Assembly (NCBI GenBank): GCA_951406725.2
Contig: OX597817.1
Span: 108,562,001 to 108,626,000, forward strand
Direction of reading: 5' to 3'
Length of the DNA: 64,000 nucleotides
DNA from: Octopus vulgaris
Taxonomy: Eukaryota
Every line of letters starts with the position of its first letter. Position 1 is the first letter of the stretch. The position numbers and the translations under genes were made by a program. The notes beneath the pieces were generated by a model that was not told the DNA's origin, ran no database searches, and saw only the letters and a list, made by a program, of their open reading frames with translations. Positions 38,899 to 54,072 of the stretch are shown one piece after another.

Positions 38899-40630
38899 TG
38901 TCATTCTTTCTAAGTTAATCATTTTAGAATTCGATTTTTCTAAACAATGGAAATAATACTTTGTGGACGACGCTGTTATTCTTAGCAGATCGAGCCGCCA
39001 CCAGTGAGACAATTGTTCGTTAGATATTTATTTATTATCATGTTAACTACTTGAGTTATTATTGTCTAAGGTGAGTCAGCTTTCTGACACCTGGAATGTT
39101 TTAGGGTATATCATTGCTAGGCTTTGGCCTTTGCTTCTGTAGCTACGGTGATGAAATTAGATACCATCATATTTGTCGTGCAATCTATTCTAACGTTGTA
39201 TACAGTTTTTTTTCCGTCTTTGTAGTATCGTTGTTTCTGATGACGTATCTCTAATATTGATATGACGTCATTGTTCCTGCTAAAATTCCTTCTATTTCTC
39301 CATATTTTCAGACGCATTCTTTTGATGTTAGTGGTAACTACAGGTGTACTGATAGTGATTGCACATATGAAAACCTATATTTCTATCTAGTATGGTAGTC
39401 ATTTGATGTTAATAAAAAAGCATTATTGTTCTTGCGTACTCTTTGAAATTGATGTATAAATATATAAGCAGATATCGTTATAACTGAATTAATTTCTAGC
39501 TTCTATCTAAACTGTATCCCAAACCTAATCACTATTGTTACCATTACTTTCGTCGTACCATTACTTCCATCACTACCTCCTTACAACTAAACCAATACAC
39601 GCACCATTCCTATCATCACTGTAACCACTACATTACTTATCTTTCATCACAACACCACTTCCATCAAAACACCCACTAGTACTAACACCACTATTAACCC
39701 TGTCACCGTGTTTGATCATGGTTAACTTGGTGGTAAACGACAAACATTAATATAGTATCAGCATTGTCGCCTTCACCTCTGAAAAACCACCCATTCTAAT
39801 TTTTTTAAGCTGGCATGTTATTTTAGAATATATTATTGAGTGAAGTATATACATATTTATTTGATTTGTGTTGGGATCAAACGTTCTCAGTATCCTGTAA
39901 TAAAATATTTAATCTAGTCGTTATTTGTGTCATGTGTAGGGTACAAAAATGATGAGAAAATAGATATTATAGAAAGTCTAGAAAACAAAAGATAAAATAT
40001 TTTATATTAACATGCATATATTATTTTGATTTCGTGTGGTCATGATGAACAGCATATCACTTACAGGTAATATTCAGAACGAGATCGCATTTTATGCTTT
40101 ATTAAGAATCTATGGATTCTTAGTTCATATACACAACAAGAAGTCTGTTATAGTTTCTTGTATCTAGAGGACGATTGGAAAAGATTCAGGATCTTGATTG
40201 TTTCTAGCAAATATTTTCATGGCTACAATTCCATGGGTTGAGTTACAGAGGTAAAATTCTTATATGCTGGCACGCCTTGAGAGCAATTAAAAATGGCCAG
40301 AGCCCTCTAGAGTTACGATAATTCAATAAAGGCTAATGTATGTCGTAAACATATCATTTAAGTGAGAAAATAGGAAAATACACAAGAATCGACTCTATTC
40401 GAAGTATTATAGTATAAAGACAGAAGCTGTCTTCGGCTACTAAACTGTGCTCATCCCAAGGAAGTCATATAAACGGTAAAATTAATATATTGCCCATCGA
40501 AATTGCTCATTCACTTCTATTAGAAAGTTAGTCTTGATGGAATACATATGTATGAACAGTTACACAAATATGTCACCATCAGAAACGAAGCACATGCACA
40601 TATACGCCATGTATGCACACTGGGTGCTTG

Positions 40631-40670
<40 letters not shown>

Positions 40671-41490
40671 TCTCTCTCTCTCTCACTCACACACACACAC
40701 ACACTTATTTTAATTTGTTTCGAGAACCATAACGTAAGAAGTAATTAATATATAATGTCTCTCTACATATATTGATTTCTCATTAAGATCAACAGTTGAG
40801 ATTTATGGAAGAATTGTAAGTTTTGATAGTAATGTCATTCCCAATGGCTTTAGTTAGAAAAATAAATGCATTGAAATGACTTTATTTCGTCTGAAATGGA
40901 AACAGGTTCGAAGATTCGAACGACTGAGAGTTTATCTCCAAGTCCAATGTGCTCGCCGAGAGCCCCTACCGTTTTAAGTAAAGTTGAATTAGATAATGTA
41001 GATTTTCATATCCTTCACACGATAGGATAATCAGTTCTATAATACTTTCACTTTCTCTGGTCTGACTCCAAAGAAAGAAAAGCAAGAAGAAAACACACAC
41101 ACACATACATATGGGAACAGGCTAATAAGAGCATAACTGGGAGTGGGTACTTCGTCTCACTATTGATGCCTTGACAGTAAAGAATGGCAACGCTGCTGCT
41201 ATGTAATAGATAATTTGGTAATCGCTGTTGTATCCAACCGTCATCAGAATTATTTTGTCTTCGTAGAGAAGATACTTATACATCTAACCCTAACCCAATT
41301 TATCTAGTTCTAAGTAAATTTAGAACTTTATATGCTGAAATACTTTGCAAATGACACCAACTGCAATTGCAAGTGCGATCATTACATATATACATACATA
41401 CATATGTGTGTATACACACACACATCTATACGCATATATATCATATATTTTATATATATATATATATATATGCACACATTTATGTATGTA

Positions 41491-41591
<101 letters not shown>

Positions 41592-41619
41592 ATACATTCA
41601 TTTCTCTTTTCTTGACTTC

Positions 41620-42290
41620 GTTCCCTTATTGTCTCTGTATGGTTTTTCAAATTTGGCAGCCACCTTCTCAAAGTGGTATTTGCCAGATTCCTTATTAATA
41701 ATTATCTCCTACTTGTCTACCCTTCTCCTGATCTTTACCATCTCTCTTCAGTGTTCAAAATGGATGGCATTGTCGTTGATTACCGTCTTTGAAAGCTGTC
41801 CAACATATGTCATTTTGTAACTTTCTTCTTATTTTTCACTATTTTCTCCTTACCCTCTTCTCTTCTCTTATTATCTCCCCTTTTCTACCTATTCTTATTC
41901 TCAAACTATTCTATTTAATTTTATCAGAAAACATCTCTCTTCATTTAAGGGTACTATCTGAAACTTTAGACTTGATTGTTTCTCACAGTAAATTACCTTA
42001 TTCCAAATTTGAATTGGTTATGCTCATTAATTATCGCTGTAGATACTAGCGATAATTCTTCGGATTCTACTACTTAGCTGTAATTCCCCAGCTATTGTTT
42101 TGCTTCCTTGCTCTCTCCCTACAACTAATCCTCTTAACATGGAAGATTTTGTGTAATTTTCTCCTCTCTGTCTTTGTTGTTAACTTCAACGACCTACTGG
42201 GGTTACGGGACAAATTGTCCATCACAATATGTTTTGAGTTTGAGAATTGAATAACAGTAATATGCAGAAATATATTCAACTAGTCTAATT
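41620..42290 (-). mobile_element. Decayed Gypsy-like LTR retrotransposon pol remnant
   Basis: IVMDNLSRNP resembles the RNase H motif VADALSR; KVAAKFEKPY resembles the integrase GPY/F motif. Confidence 0.4.
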
Positions 42291-42480
42291 TATCCTCCAT
42301 TAAAAATATCAATAATATGTACAACTAGAGTAAATTATTTGAAATTGTTTTACTCAGATATTTTGTAAAGTGGCGAGATTAACATTAAATGTTGCTAAAT
42401 ACGTAGATACTAAATATACACATTACATATGGCAGTCAGCTTCTCACTGGTTTTATTCGGAGCCATCATTAATTAGTATT

Positions 42481-44100
42481 CAGGTCAACGCGTTTTTTTC
42501 TTTCACCTAGAGGCTTATTGACGCACAGAATCCGAAAATAACATCCATTTATTAAAACTACATCAAGGTTTTAAGATGACGGAGCCATAGAATTTCATTG
42601 TTTTGTCAATGAAACAGCTTATAACTAACAGGGCATAACATACAAACACATAGAAATTGGTTTTTCTTCAAAACCAGAATGTTTTCTTAAAATTCTACTG
42701 AAAATCCAGTACAAATCTTAAAATTTCAACCGACAAATTACATCATTGTTTATGCATAATTACCTATGAATTTGCGTTTGGATGATTTTCTTGAGTGCTT
42801 GAGTTCCATGAGTTGTCTGCCATCATATGCAACACCCATCTGCTTTGATACTTTTGTTCCATTGATTTTATGTCCCGAGAGTAGAGAACTCCTTGCTCAA
42901 CCAAATTTTTTCAGGGAATATATGAGGCTGACTGTTGGACTAGTTTCCCTTTAGATTCATATTTGAAAGTTGTCCAGCATGTTGTCGACCATTTCGGCAT
43001 TGTTGCCTGCTTTCTTGTTGCCAAGAAAGTAATTTACAATAGTTAAAATTGCTTCAATGCTAATTATTGAATTTACTTAGTTCCTACCTTTCGTCAATTT
43101 TCTGATTTGAGCCACGTTAAATACTCCAGATTTTACCTTTTCACTGCTCAGACCGGGAAATATGATGCAGATGTAGTGAAAGCACAGTTTATCTTTATCC
43201 AGAACTTTAAAAGAAAAAACGGCTTCATAATGCCAAGTTTGTTAAGGAGTAGATGTAGGGTGATTTACCCCAGTTGAATTTAAGTCTCTTCAGCTAACAT
43301 TCACTGCGGCTGTTCTTTAATCACTCAATGTTTTTCTTTGCTTCTTGCTGTCCAATATGCATAAAAGGAATGGATATTCGGTGTATCCATTTTGTTGCTC
43401 CAGGAGAAAAATTACCATCTTAAAGTCTACAGATATCATCCAGTTAGGTGACATCTGTAGATACTTACTTTCCATTAGAACCGCTTTCACGACTTCGTAA
43501 TTCTCTGCTAGTCTTGTAGAGAGAGCACAGGCTAATATATTTCCATTATGAAGTAGAACACATTTCAAACTCCTTTTCGAGCTATCAATAAAAAGACGCC
43601 AATCATTTGCATTGTATTACGCCAATCCCATCCTCTGAATCAGACCCTCAATCTGTCCTATACACTAACTCATTGTTTTATATGAAGAACAGAAGAAATT
43701 CAACATATCTATTGCGATAGGAGGTGACTTTGGTTTCTGCTTTAAGAAGGCCTTTCTCTTTAATCGAGTCGCAAGAATCTCTGCAGATACTGTTGATAAC
43801 TGTAAGCCCCTTACCTAGTCACTGAGTTCATTTTGGTCAAATAACAGATGATTTAATGAGCTAGTGCTAAAGTAATTCGGATCATCTCTGGCTTCTGACT
43901 CGATTCAAACTTCTTGGTCATCAAACTCGCGAAGTTTTGTACCAAATTTCATTAGTAAACAATGCGTTTTTCTGAAGAATTAGGAAACTGGCAAAAGACG
44001 TGATGGTAAAAAAATGCATTCCGTTTTGGAGTCAGCATATAGAAATACTTCAAGTCTGTTAAAAACACGCTAACAACAAAATACCTGTTGGATTGCGGTA
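42481..44100 (-). mobile_element. CMC/Chapaev3-like DNA transposon, transposase decayed
   Basis: WRLFIDSSKRSLKCVLLHNGN, VDFKM...GYT, KLGIMK, DIKSMEQKYQSRW...MMAD; degenerate terminal repeats. Superfamily assigned from memory of these motifs. Confidence 0.75.
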
Positions 44101-44599
44101 TCAGCTGTGTTTACTCTTTCCCTTCTTCGAGAGCTTAATGTCGCAAAGTTTACATAATATAAATTCTTGTTGAATCTATCAGCTCCTGGTAATAAATGAT
44201 ACACATATACATGAGTGCTTCTATTTATATACATTTTAATCTTCTATACATAGTAGACATTGATAATTAGGCAATGAAAACTGATGACTATTTGCTTATT
44301 TAGATCAACTTTCGTGTCATGCACCTGAAATTATCTATTTTATGGTTTTAAATATTTGATTTCTCGAATTTTTATTTGGGTATCGATTTAAGTATCATAT
44401 TACCCCCGCAAAATTGTCGGGAAACGATTAGATTAAGAAAAATGATAAAATCTTATACCCCCTCTATTTTTTTTTATCTATTTTGCTATACGACAAGGAA
44501 GTTTATTTTTTGAAAGAACTGATGTTTTTTAAAACAAACAAACTTAGGATTTCCCCCTTCAGACTCTACGATAAGCCCCACAAAAAAATCGAGGAGCAT

Positions 44600-46205
44600 T
44601 CTAATCAGGAGGGGGGATAGGGTAAACAACAAAATGAGGCTGCAAGTTCAAGGAGAGGTCATTCCATAACAGAGGAAAATCCTATTAAGTGCCTTGGAAA
44701 GATGTTTGACAAGTCTCTGTCAAACACAAGCAATGTCACCAGAATGGTGAAGCAAACAGATGAGTGGCTGATGAGGATTGATAGATCAGGGCTTCCAGAA
44801 AAGTTCAAGGCATGGCTCTACCAACGGTTGTTGACGTTGTATGATGTTCCAATGGCAAGTTTGAAAAGAGTGGAGGGGAAGATAAATAAATACCTCCGAA
44901 AATGGTTAGGTGTTCCCCCAAGCTTCACTTAATAGGCCTTTACATAAGTTCGGGACAGCTACAACATCCCCTGTCATCCGTAGTGGAGGAATTTAAAGTA
45001 GTAAAATGTAATGTTGTAATGCTGTACAGAGACTCTAAGGACTAGCATGTCAGACATGCAGGTATACCACAAGGTCTGGGCGAAAGTGGATAGCTAGCCC
45101 CGCAGTTGCTCGAGCTAAAGTGATGCTGGATCTATACGACATCCTTGAAACTACATGCAGCTGTTGCCAGGGTTTTAGTTCTTCCTATTCCCAACAATGG
45201 AAGAAAGCAGACACCAGGGAGAGGCGGGTTATGACCCAGGAAGCAGTGTAGTACCAGGAGGAAGATAAAAGAAAATCCAGAGCTGTGGAGTTGGTATCTA
45301 AGGGTGCATGGATTAAATGGGATCTCCCTAAGAGGAAGCTGACATGGACTGATCTGTGGAGGCTTGAACCTTTTCGCTTCTTGCTTCGGGTGGTGTATGA
45401 TACACTCCCGACGCCAACAAACCTGCACAGATGGGGTTTGAGGGAAGACCAGCTGTGTATATTTTGTGGAGAAAGGGGAACTCTGGTACACATCTTGGCC
45501 GGATGCAGAATAGCACTTTCTCAAGACAAATTTTAATGATACCGTGATAGGGTGCTTGCAATACTTATTCACACCCTGGAGCAGGAAAGGTGCAAGAAAC
45601 AAGGGAAGGTAACGGCAGCAATTAAGTTCATGAAACAATAAAGCCAGCAAAATCAATACATAGCTTGCTGCAAGCTATGAAAGTGATGGGATATGAAAGT
45701 GGATTTAGAGGAGAGATTGCAGTTTCCACAGGTAGTACATACAACCCTGAGGCCAGATGTGGTCATCTTCTCTGAAAAGGTCAAGAAAATTATCGTAATT
45801 GAACTAATAGTCCCGTGGGAAGAGGGTTGTGATGAGGCCCATGAACGGAAGCATGCCGGATATGAGAGCCTTCTGCAGAATTGCAAGGAGAAGGGATGAC
45901 AGCTATGGTCTTTCCCAGTCGAGGTTGGCTGTAGGGGATTCCCTGCCCAGTTGGTATAGAGGATTCTTACAGCAATTCGAATGTGAAGTAAGAAGTGAAG
46001 GATGGCTGTGCGCAGGATGGGAGAAGCAGCTGAAAGAGCCTCTTGCTGGCTTTAGTGTAAGACAGAAGAGTTAAGCTGGAAGCCAGGAGGAGTTGAGGAG
46101 CAGTGTCTTGGCCACCTCTGCTGACCCACCAACGGGAGGGTGTTACGGTTCAAAGTCGAACGATGGATACTGTCTGATGACATCAGTTCCTCCGGGCCAA
46201 GGCTC
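44600..46205 (+). mobile_element. Hero-like RLE non-LTR retrotransposon, 3' part, disrupted
   Basis: KCLGK, LRKWLGVP, YDTLPTPTNLHRWG, CIFC...HILAGC, LRPDVV...IELIVPWEE. Confidence 0.9.
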
Positions 46206-46277
46206 CATTCACTTTGGTGAATGAATAAAGCACCTCTTTACAGGTGTTATTAACATATACATACATACATGCATGCA

Positions 46278-46311
<34 letters not shown>

Positions 46312-46399
46312 CATACATACATACACTTATATACATACATATATATATATATGTGTATATATATATATATACACACATATACGCCCACACACACACGCA

Positions 46400-46653
46400 T
46401 TGACTTACGACCTATGCGACTTCGGATCATCCGCACTTACGACCACCCACAAAAAATAAGGAAATAAAAAATAAATAGATAATTGATTATCGAACGTTGA
46501 GCAGCTGCCCATATGATGACTATGGCAGTATCTGGCAAATCAGCCCTCCCTCGGACCCACGCATCCACTGCCTACCTCTGTCCGACATACGACCAGATCG
46601 ACTTACGTCTTGACAGTCGCAACGGAACTCAGTCATAAATCGAGGAGAATGTG
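46400..46653. mobile_element. Tigger/pogo-like MITE remnant
   Basis: Repeated gacttacgacc subterminal motifs and an inverted gtcataaatcgagg end. Confidence 0.55.
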
Positions 46654-46824
46654 CATAAATATATAGGTGTGTGTGTGTGTATATGTGTGTGTATGTTTAT
46701 GAATATGTAAGAGGAATAGTACTCTCAGTGACTTCTTCGACTCATTTAAGTTAATCTTGAATTTATACAGTTTCTGTTAAGTTATAATTTTCTAGAGTAA
46801 CCTAATTTCTGTTGAATGACTTTA

Positions 46825-48590
<1,766 letters not shown>

Positions 48591-49559
48591 CGATAAAAAA
48601 GCTCCATGGCAAGATGGTATGGAAAATTTTTATTGATTCAATTTTGGCAAGTGCTAATTGTTAGATTTTATTCATGCATGTTGAGTTTTGTAATTAGATG
48701 TTAATGTTTAGGTGTACCCTCTTCAGGTCATAGGAATTCAGAAAAGAATGAATGTAATTTGCTTGTTTGTCAGCAGATTTGCCACTTGGTTTTCGATTGT
48801 TGCTAGTCTTATTTACATATTAAAGGTATATTAACTGTTTATTTTGAGAATGTGAAGGTTAACTCTAAATTTATCTAAGTTTAATCTAAGTCCAGTGCTT
48901 TAACCTTTGTTATTAGATGTGACACTTGGTATGTCAACTGTAGAGGATTGGTATTAAGGGCTCACAAAAGAATGTAAGTAGTTACCAAGGTTTAGTTAGT
49001 TGGCATGTTTGTATTTTTATGGTTTTCACCTGTTAATGCTGAGAGGGTGTTTGTTATCACTTAATAATATGATAGTGATAGTAATACGGAAAATTTGTCT
49101 TAATGTTCACGAGAATATGTAAGTTTAAAAAGTTGTTCATCAGCATGGCTGTCTCTAGGGGGTCGTACTAGGAAATTGGTTACTATATATGAGTTTTAAC
49201 GTGAAGTTTGTGGGCTGTTTTCATAAATATTTCTTACCTTCAGCTTCAAGCATGGCTACTTTTTATACGATATTATTTGTACTTAAAATATGTAAAAAGT
49301 TGGCGTTATAAAAAAAATGCGTAAGAAATTCTAACCCATATTATTTCTCTATCGTCTTTGTATGAATATATGCGTGTTTTTGTAGGTGTATAGACTCATT
49401 TTAGAAAATTTGGTGGGGAACTTTTTTAAAATTCAGTAACTCATAGATCATTTCTGCATGACGTGTAAAGCTGTAATATTAATTTTATGTGCATTATTAT
49501 GGAGGTAATTAATGGAGAAGCTATAATGGGAGAAAGAGGGAGATGAGGTATTTTACTAT

Positions 49560-50030
49560 ATTTAGCCGTTAGGAAAATCAATTGACTTGAAGAGTTTTAA
49601 TGTTTTAAAGCTTTTGTGCTTACATGAGGAAACCAATTCAGAGTTTCGGTTCAGAGTGGGGTTCGTTAATGTAAGAATATGGTAGAATTTGATGGTGCAG
49701 AGTTGGAAGGGTTCGTTGTTACCTTTGTATTTTTGTGCGTGTGTCAATATTTTCTATTTAATTGTCAATTGAGTATTTCTTGGTTTTAATGTCTTCATAT
49801 GTTTAGAAATAGATATATCATTTTCCTCTTTGGGTTGCAAAAATGTGTGTGTGGGTTGTATCGTGTTTTGAACTGGTTTGCTGTAGATCTTATAAGTGTA
49901 TATATAGTACATGGTGCAATATTCGTGGCTACAGTTGCGCTATAGCCAATATTGCTTGAGAGACAGTGTCCCTCTACAGAGCAGGATGAAAAGGTTCTAT
50001 AACTGCAATTGTTGTTATTATGCATGTTAT
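49560..50030 (-). mobile_element. Decayed Penelope-like GIY-YIG fragment (different family)
   Basis: CSVEGHCLSSNIGYSATV, STANQFKTRYNPH, LNRNSELVSSCKHK. Confidence 0.8.
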
Positions 50031-50059
50031 TTTGGCTTACGGCATTATATAAATATTGG

Positions 50060-50272
50060 ATTCAAATTTTGGGTCAAGGGTAGCAAATTCGATGATGGGG
50101 GTTAAGTCGATTAGATCGACCTCAGAATTCAACTGGTACTTATTTTATCGACCCAGAAATAATAAAAGGCAAAGTCAACCTCGGTAGTATTTGAACTCAG
50201 AACGTAAAACCTGTCGAAATGCCACTATGCATTTTGCCCGGTACCGTAACGATTCTGCCAGCTTTCCGCCTT
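50060..50272 (-). mobile_element. SINE family B
   Basis: aaaggcaaagtcaacctcgg...tttgaactcagaacgta...gattctgccagct. Confidence 0.8.
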
Positions 50273-50349
50273 TATTTATATATCACTTACGAATTAAAAC
50301 CACCACAAAGTCCAGTCCTTGTTGGGGTTTGGTGGCTTGTGTTCCCTAA

Positions 50350-50535
50350 TGACAGAGCCTAGGAGAGAAAGGCCTCCCCTCAAGGAAAACATTTGACGCG
50401 TTGCAGCAAAATCGGAAAGATAACAGAAGAAGCAGGGTTCTAACTGGAGAAAAACAGAAAAGAAAATTCCAGAGTCGAGAACAGTGGAGAAAAGTCGTCA
50501 ATGGCCTGTGCTCACAGGAGAGCGAAGAACTTAAT
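50350..50535 (+). mobile_element. RTE-like LINE, extreme 3' remnant
   Basis: QSREQWRKVVNGLCS resembles RTE ORF C-termini. Confidence 0.55.
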
Positions 50536-50660
50536 AACATATATACATAGTGTTCGTACGTACGTAGGTACATATATACATATGTGTGTGTGTATTTAGT
50601 TTTTCTCTCACTCTTCTCCTTCTGTCTCCCTTACTCTCTCTCTCTTTCTTTATACATACA

Positions 50661-51172
50661 CTAGCAGTATTGCCCGGCGTTGCTCGGGTTTGTAAGGGAA
50701 ATAACTATATAAGCATTTTTAGAGAGTTACTTCCCTTATAGATGCCAATTCGGGCTTTCTTAGCCATTTCTGTTTTGGTGTCTTCAAGCCATGAAGTCGT
50801 TGTTCTAAAAGAACGCTGGTCTCCTTGACAACGCTTTACGACGTTGATTTCCTTACACTCCCTTCCCCACAGCTTCACGAGGGAGGGAAGAAGGGGAGAA
50901 GCAAACAGGTGCAGGTGTGACCATGGACTCCAACTCCGCCGCCATCGACACACGAAAAATTATGCATTAAAATGGAATAAAAAATGATGTTAAATTATTT
51001 TTAAAATCGTAGACTCATCGTAGACGCGCGCTAATACTCAGACGGGCTTGATATGAATCACGACTATAAGATACCCGAATTTGGTTAAACTGCACCGCAA
51101 AATGTGGGAGTAGTTAGGAATCTAAATCGAAGGGGACAGACACTCACACAACTACAGTTTTATATATATAGA
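50661..51172 (-). mobile_element. Non-autonomous Helitron
   Basis: Minus strand 5' TC start, subterminal hairpin cccgagcaacgccggg, 3' CTAG end, inserted between A and T with no TSD. Confidence 0.88.
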
Positions 51173-51208
51173 TATATGTCGAAAGTGAGAGGAGAGAAAG
51201 AGAGAGGA

Positions 51209-51390
<182 letters not shown>

Positions 51391-51392
51391 TG

Positions 51393-51479
<87 letters not shown>

Positions 51480-52049
51480 TAAAACTATATACACATTTAA
51501 AACAAAGAAAGACTAAAAACAAAACCGATTTAATATAATTTCAGAAAAATTATAAACTGCATTTGAAGAAATTAATTTTTGCTAAGAATTATATTTGTTC
51601 ATCATATTTCTAATATATTTGCTTTGAATCCTTCCATTTTTACTTTTGATTAGTTTTGTTGTCGTTGGATAAATATTCGAAATTTGGTACTTGCTCAATC
51701 AGTTGTGATTAACGTATTCCATTTAAGGTAATTAAATAACTTGTGATTTAGGAGTTATTTTCCTTGTTATCTTTTCTGTATCACCAGTCATCATCTTCAT
51801 TTATTTACATTACAAAATTACGAAACAATTATCAATTTCATGTGCTCAGTTTCCAACTGAAATATAAACAAACATTACAAACTGAAACTAGAATAACAAA
51901 ATGAAATAATCTGGATGTTGGACGTTATTGCGGAATTGATCTCGTGACGAATTGTCACCTACCTCGCTCGTTCGTTCCCTACCTACTTACTTATCCATCA
52001 ATTTACATATGCACACAGTCACACTTACACACACACACACATGCACACG

Positions 52050-52084
<35 letters not shown>

Positions 52085-52103
52085 ATACACACGCACATAC
52101 ACA

Positions 52104-52160
<57 letters not shown>

Positions 52161-52169
<9 letters not shown>

Positions 52170-52868
52170 ATCCCTCAAGATCGAGGATGATGGTCTTCGC
52201 GCAAATTTACTGATGAGTCCGTAGGTGACCGATAAGACCAATTCTTGCTTGAAAAAATCGGTCGCAGTGCGGACATCTAGTGCCAGAAGGGAGAGTCGCA
52301 TGTGGTTGTTGTTGGCGCTCCTTCCGTCGTCGTCTTTTCTCCTCCAGCTCTGCAGACCTTTTCGACTCGAAAGTCGCCGTTCCCTCATGGATGGTGGTTT
52401 TCCAGAGTGGTTTGTTTTTTGCCGTTTCCTCCCAGTTAGTGAAGTCGATGTCACACTTTTTGAGGTTCGTTTTCATGGAGTCCTTGTAGCGTTTCTTCTG
52501 GCCTCCTTTTGTACACTTGCCGTATTTGAGTTGGGAGTAGAAGATCTGTTTGGGAAGTCGTTCGTCAGTCATTCTAACCACGTGGTCGCTCCATCTTAGT
52601 TGGCCTTTGATGACATAGGCTTCGATGCTGGTCATTTTTGCTTCTTGTAGCACGCAGACGTTAGTTCTTCTGTCTTCCCAGCTGATGTTAAGGATCTTTC
52701 GAAGACAGCGTTGGTGACATTTCTCGAGCGTTTTCAGGTGGTGACTATACGGGGTCCAGGTTTCGGATGCGTAAAGGAGGGTTGGAATAATGACTGCCCT
52801 GTACACCATGAGTTTGGTTTCGGTTCGGATGTCCCGATCAGCAAAAACTCTTGATCAGCAAAAACTCT
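52161..52868 (-). mobile_element. 5'-truncated RTE LINE (second family), ORF 52207-52809 intact with one C2H2 finger
   Basis: VYRAVIIPTLLYASETW, RLPKQIFYS, CPHC...HLRTH; tail ctcgatcttgag hairpin. Confidence 0.92.
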
Positions 52869-53679
52869 CTATATATATATAGAGAGAGGCATATGTACAT
52901 GTACGCATACATAAATACATGTGTGTGTGTGCTTGTTTCCGTTTATGCTCGCGCATGTCTGTGCGTGCGTTTCTGCCCGTCAACGTGGCAACTGCTGCTC
53001 GTTTGTTTACGTCTTTGTAACTCACAGTTCAACAAGAAAAGAAATGGAACAAGTATCAAAGTTAAAAATGCGCCATCAGTTTCACCAAGCCTTTCAAAAC
53101 TCTCCTGTGTTCTGATCACAAAAAAACTCATGCATTTTAATAGTCTAGGCACAATTAAAATGGTCTGTTTAATTTGCACAACATTGCAAATGATGAAAAC
53201 GTGGATAAATAGATTACTTGTGCATTATATAAATCATTTAGATAATTTGAAAAGTAAACTGTAACAACACTGTGAAAGTAAACAAATTGGTTACACTGCA
53301 AATTTTAACTGAGTAGTGAACAGAAAAAGAGATAAAAATAAGTAGATTCTAGCATTGTTAGCTCTTCATCCATGAGAGAAACCTTGACTTCTTTCAACAG
53401 ATATATTATCTGAACTAATTGCAAATAGGAGTTGGTTATACATTCTGTGATGATGAAGTCAGAGAAAAACTTCTAAGGTCCCAGTGACAACTCCTAAAAT
53501 CAAAGAGTGTTGTGAAGAACTCACGGGATGGAAGGATATATAAACAAATTAACAAAGCATCAGAAATATTGGGGCTTAGGAAATTTACCAGACTTAAGAC
53601 ATGGAGCGTGTGACAAAAGCAGTAGGAAAAATGAATGCATATACAGCATGGAAAATAGCTAATGAAAGAAGCTGTCATG

Positions 53680-53832
53680 TAAAATGTCGATTAGAAGGAC
53701 CCTAATACGCAACTAGTACTTAACTTATCGAACCAAAAAAGATGAAAGGCAAAGTCGACCTCGGTGGAATTTGAACTCAGACCGAAAAAGACAGGCGAAA
53801 TACCGCTAGGTCTTTCGTCTGGCGTGCTAATG
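53680..53832 (-). mobile_element. SINE family B
   Basis: gatgaaaggcaaagtcgacctcggtggaatttgaactcag...gccagctcgtcgcc. Confidence 0.8.
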
Positions 53833-54022
53833 TTTTTGCCAGCTCGTCGCCTTGAAATAGCATAGACAGGGTAACAACTTGGCCATTAGCACTGATTTTA
53901 AAGGTTGTGCTTTCGCAGTACTGGAAAACAGAATAACAATATCTTATGATTAAAAGAAGAGGGATCGAGTAGAATGGTTGAAATAAGTCGCCCAACAGAG
54001 TGTTAAAAAAATAAAAATAAGA

Positions 54023-54072
<50 letters not shown>

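Noticed and set aside
53090-53680. Possible Tc1 remnant, and a hAT-like end at 62078
   Set aside because: Similarity too weak and no paired terminal repeats found.
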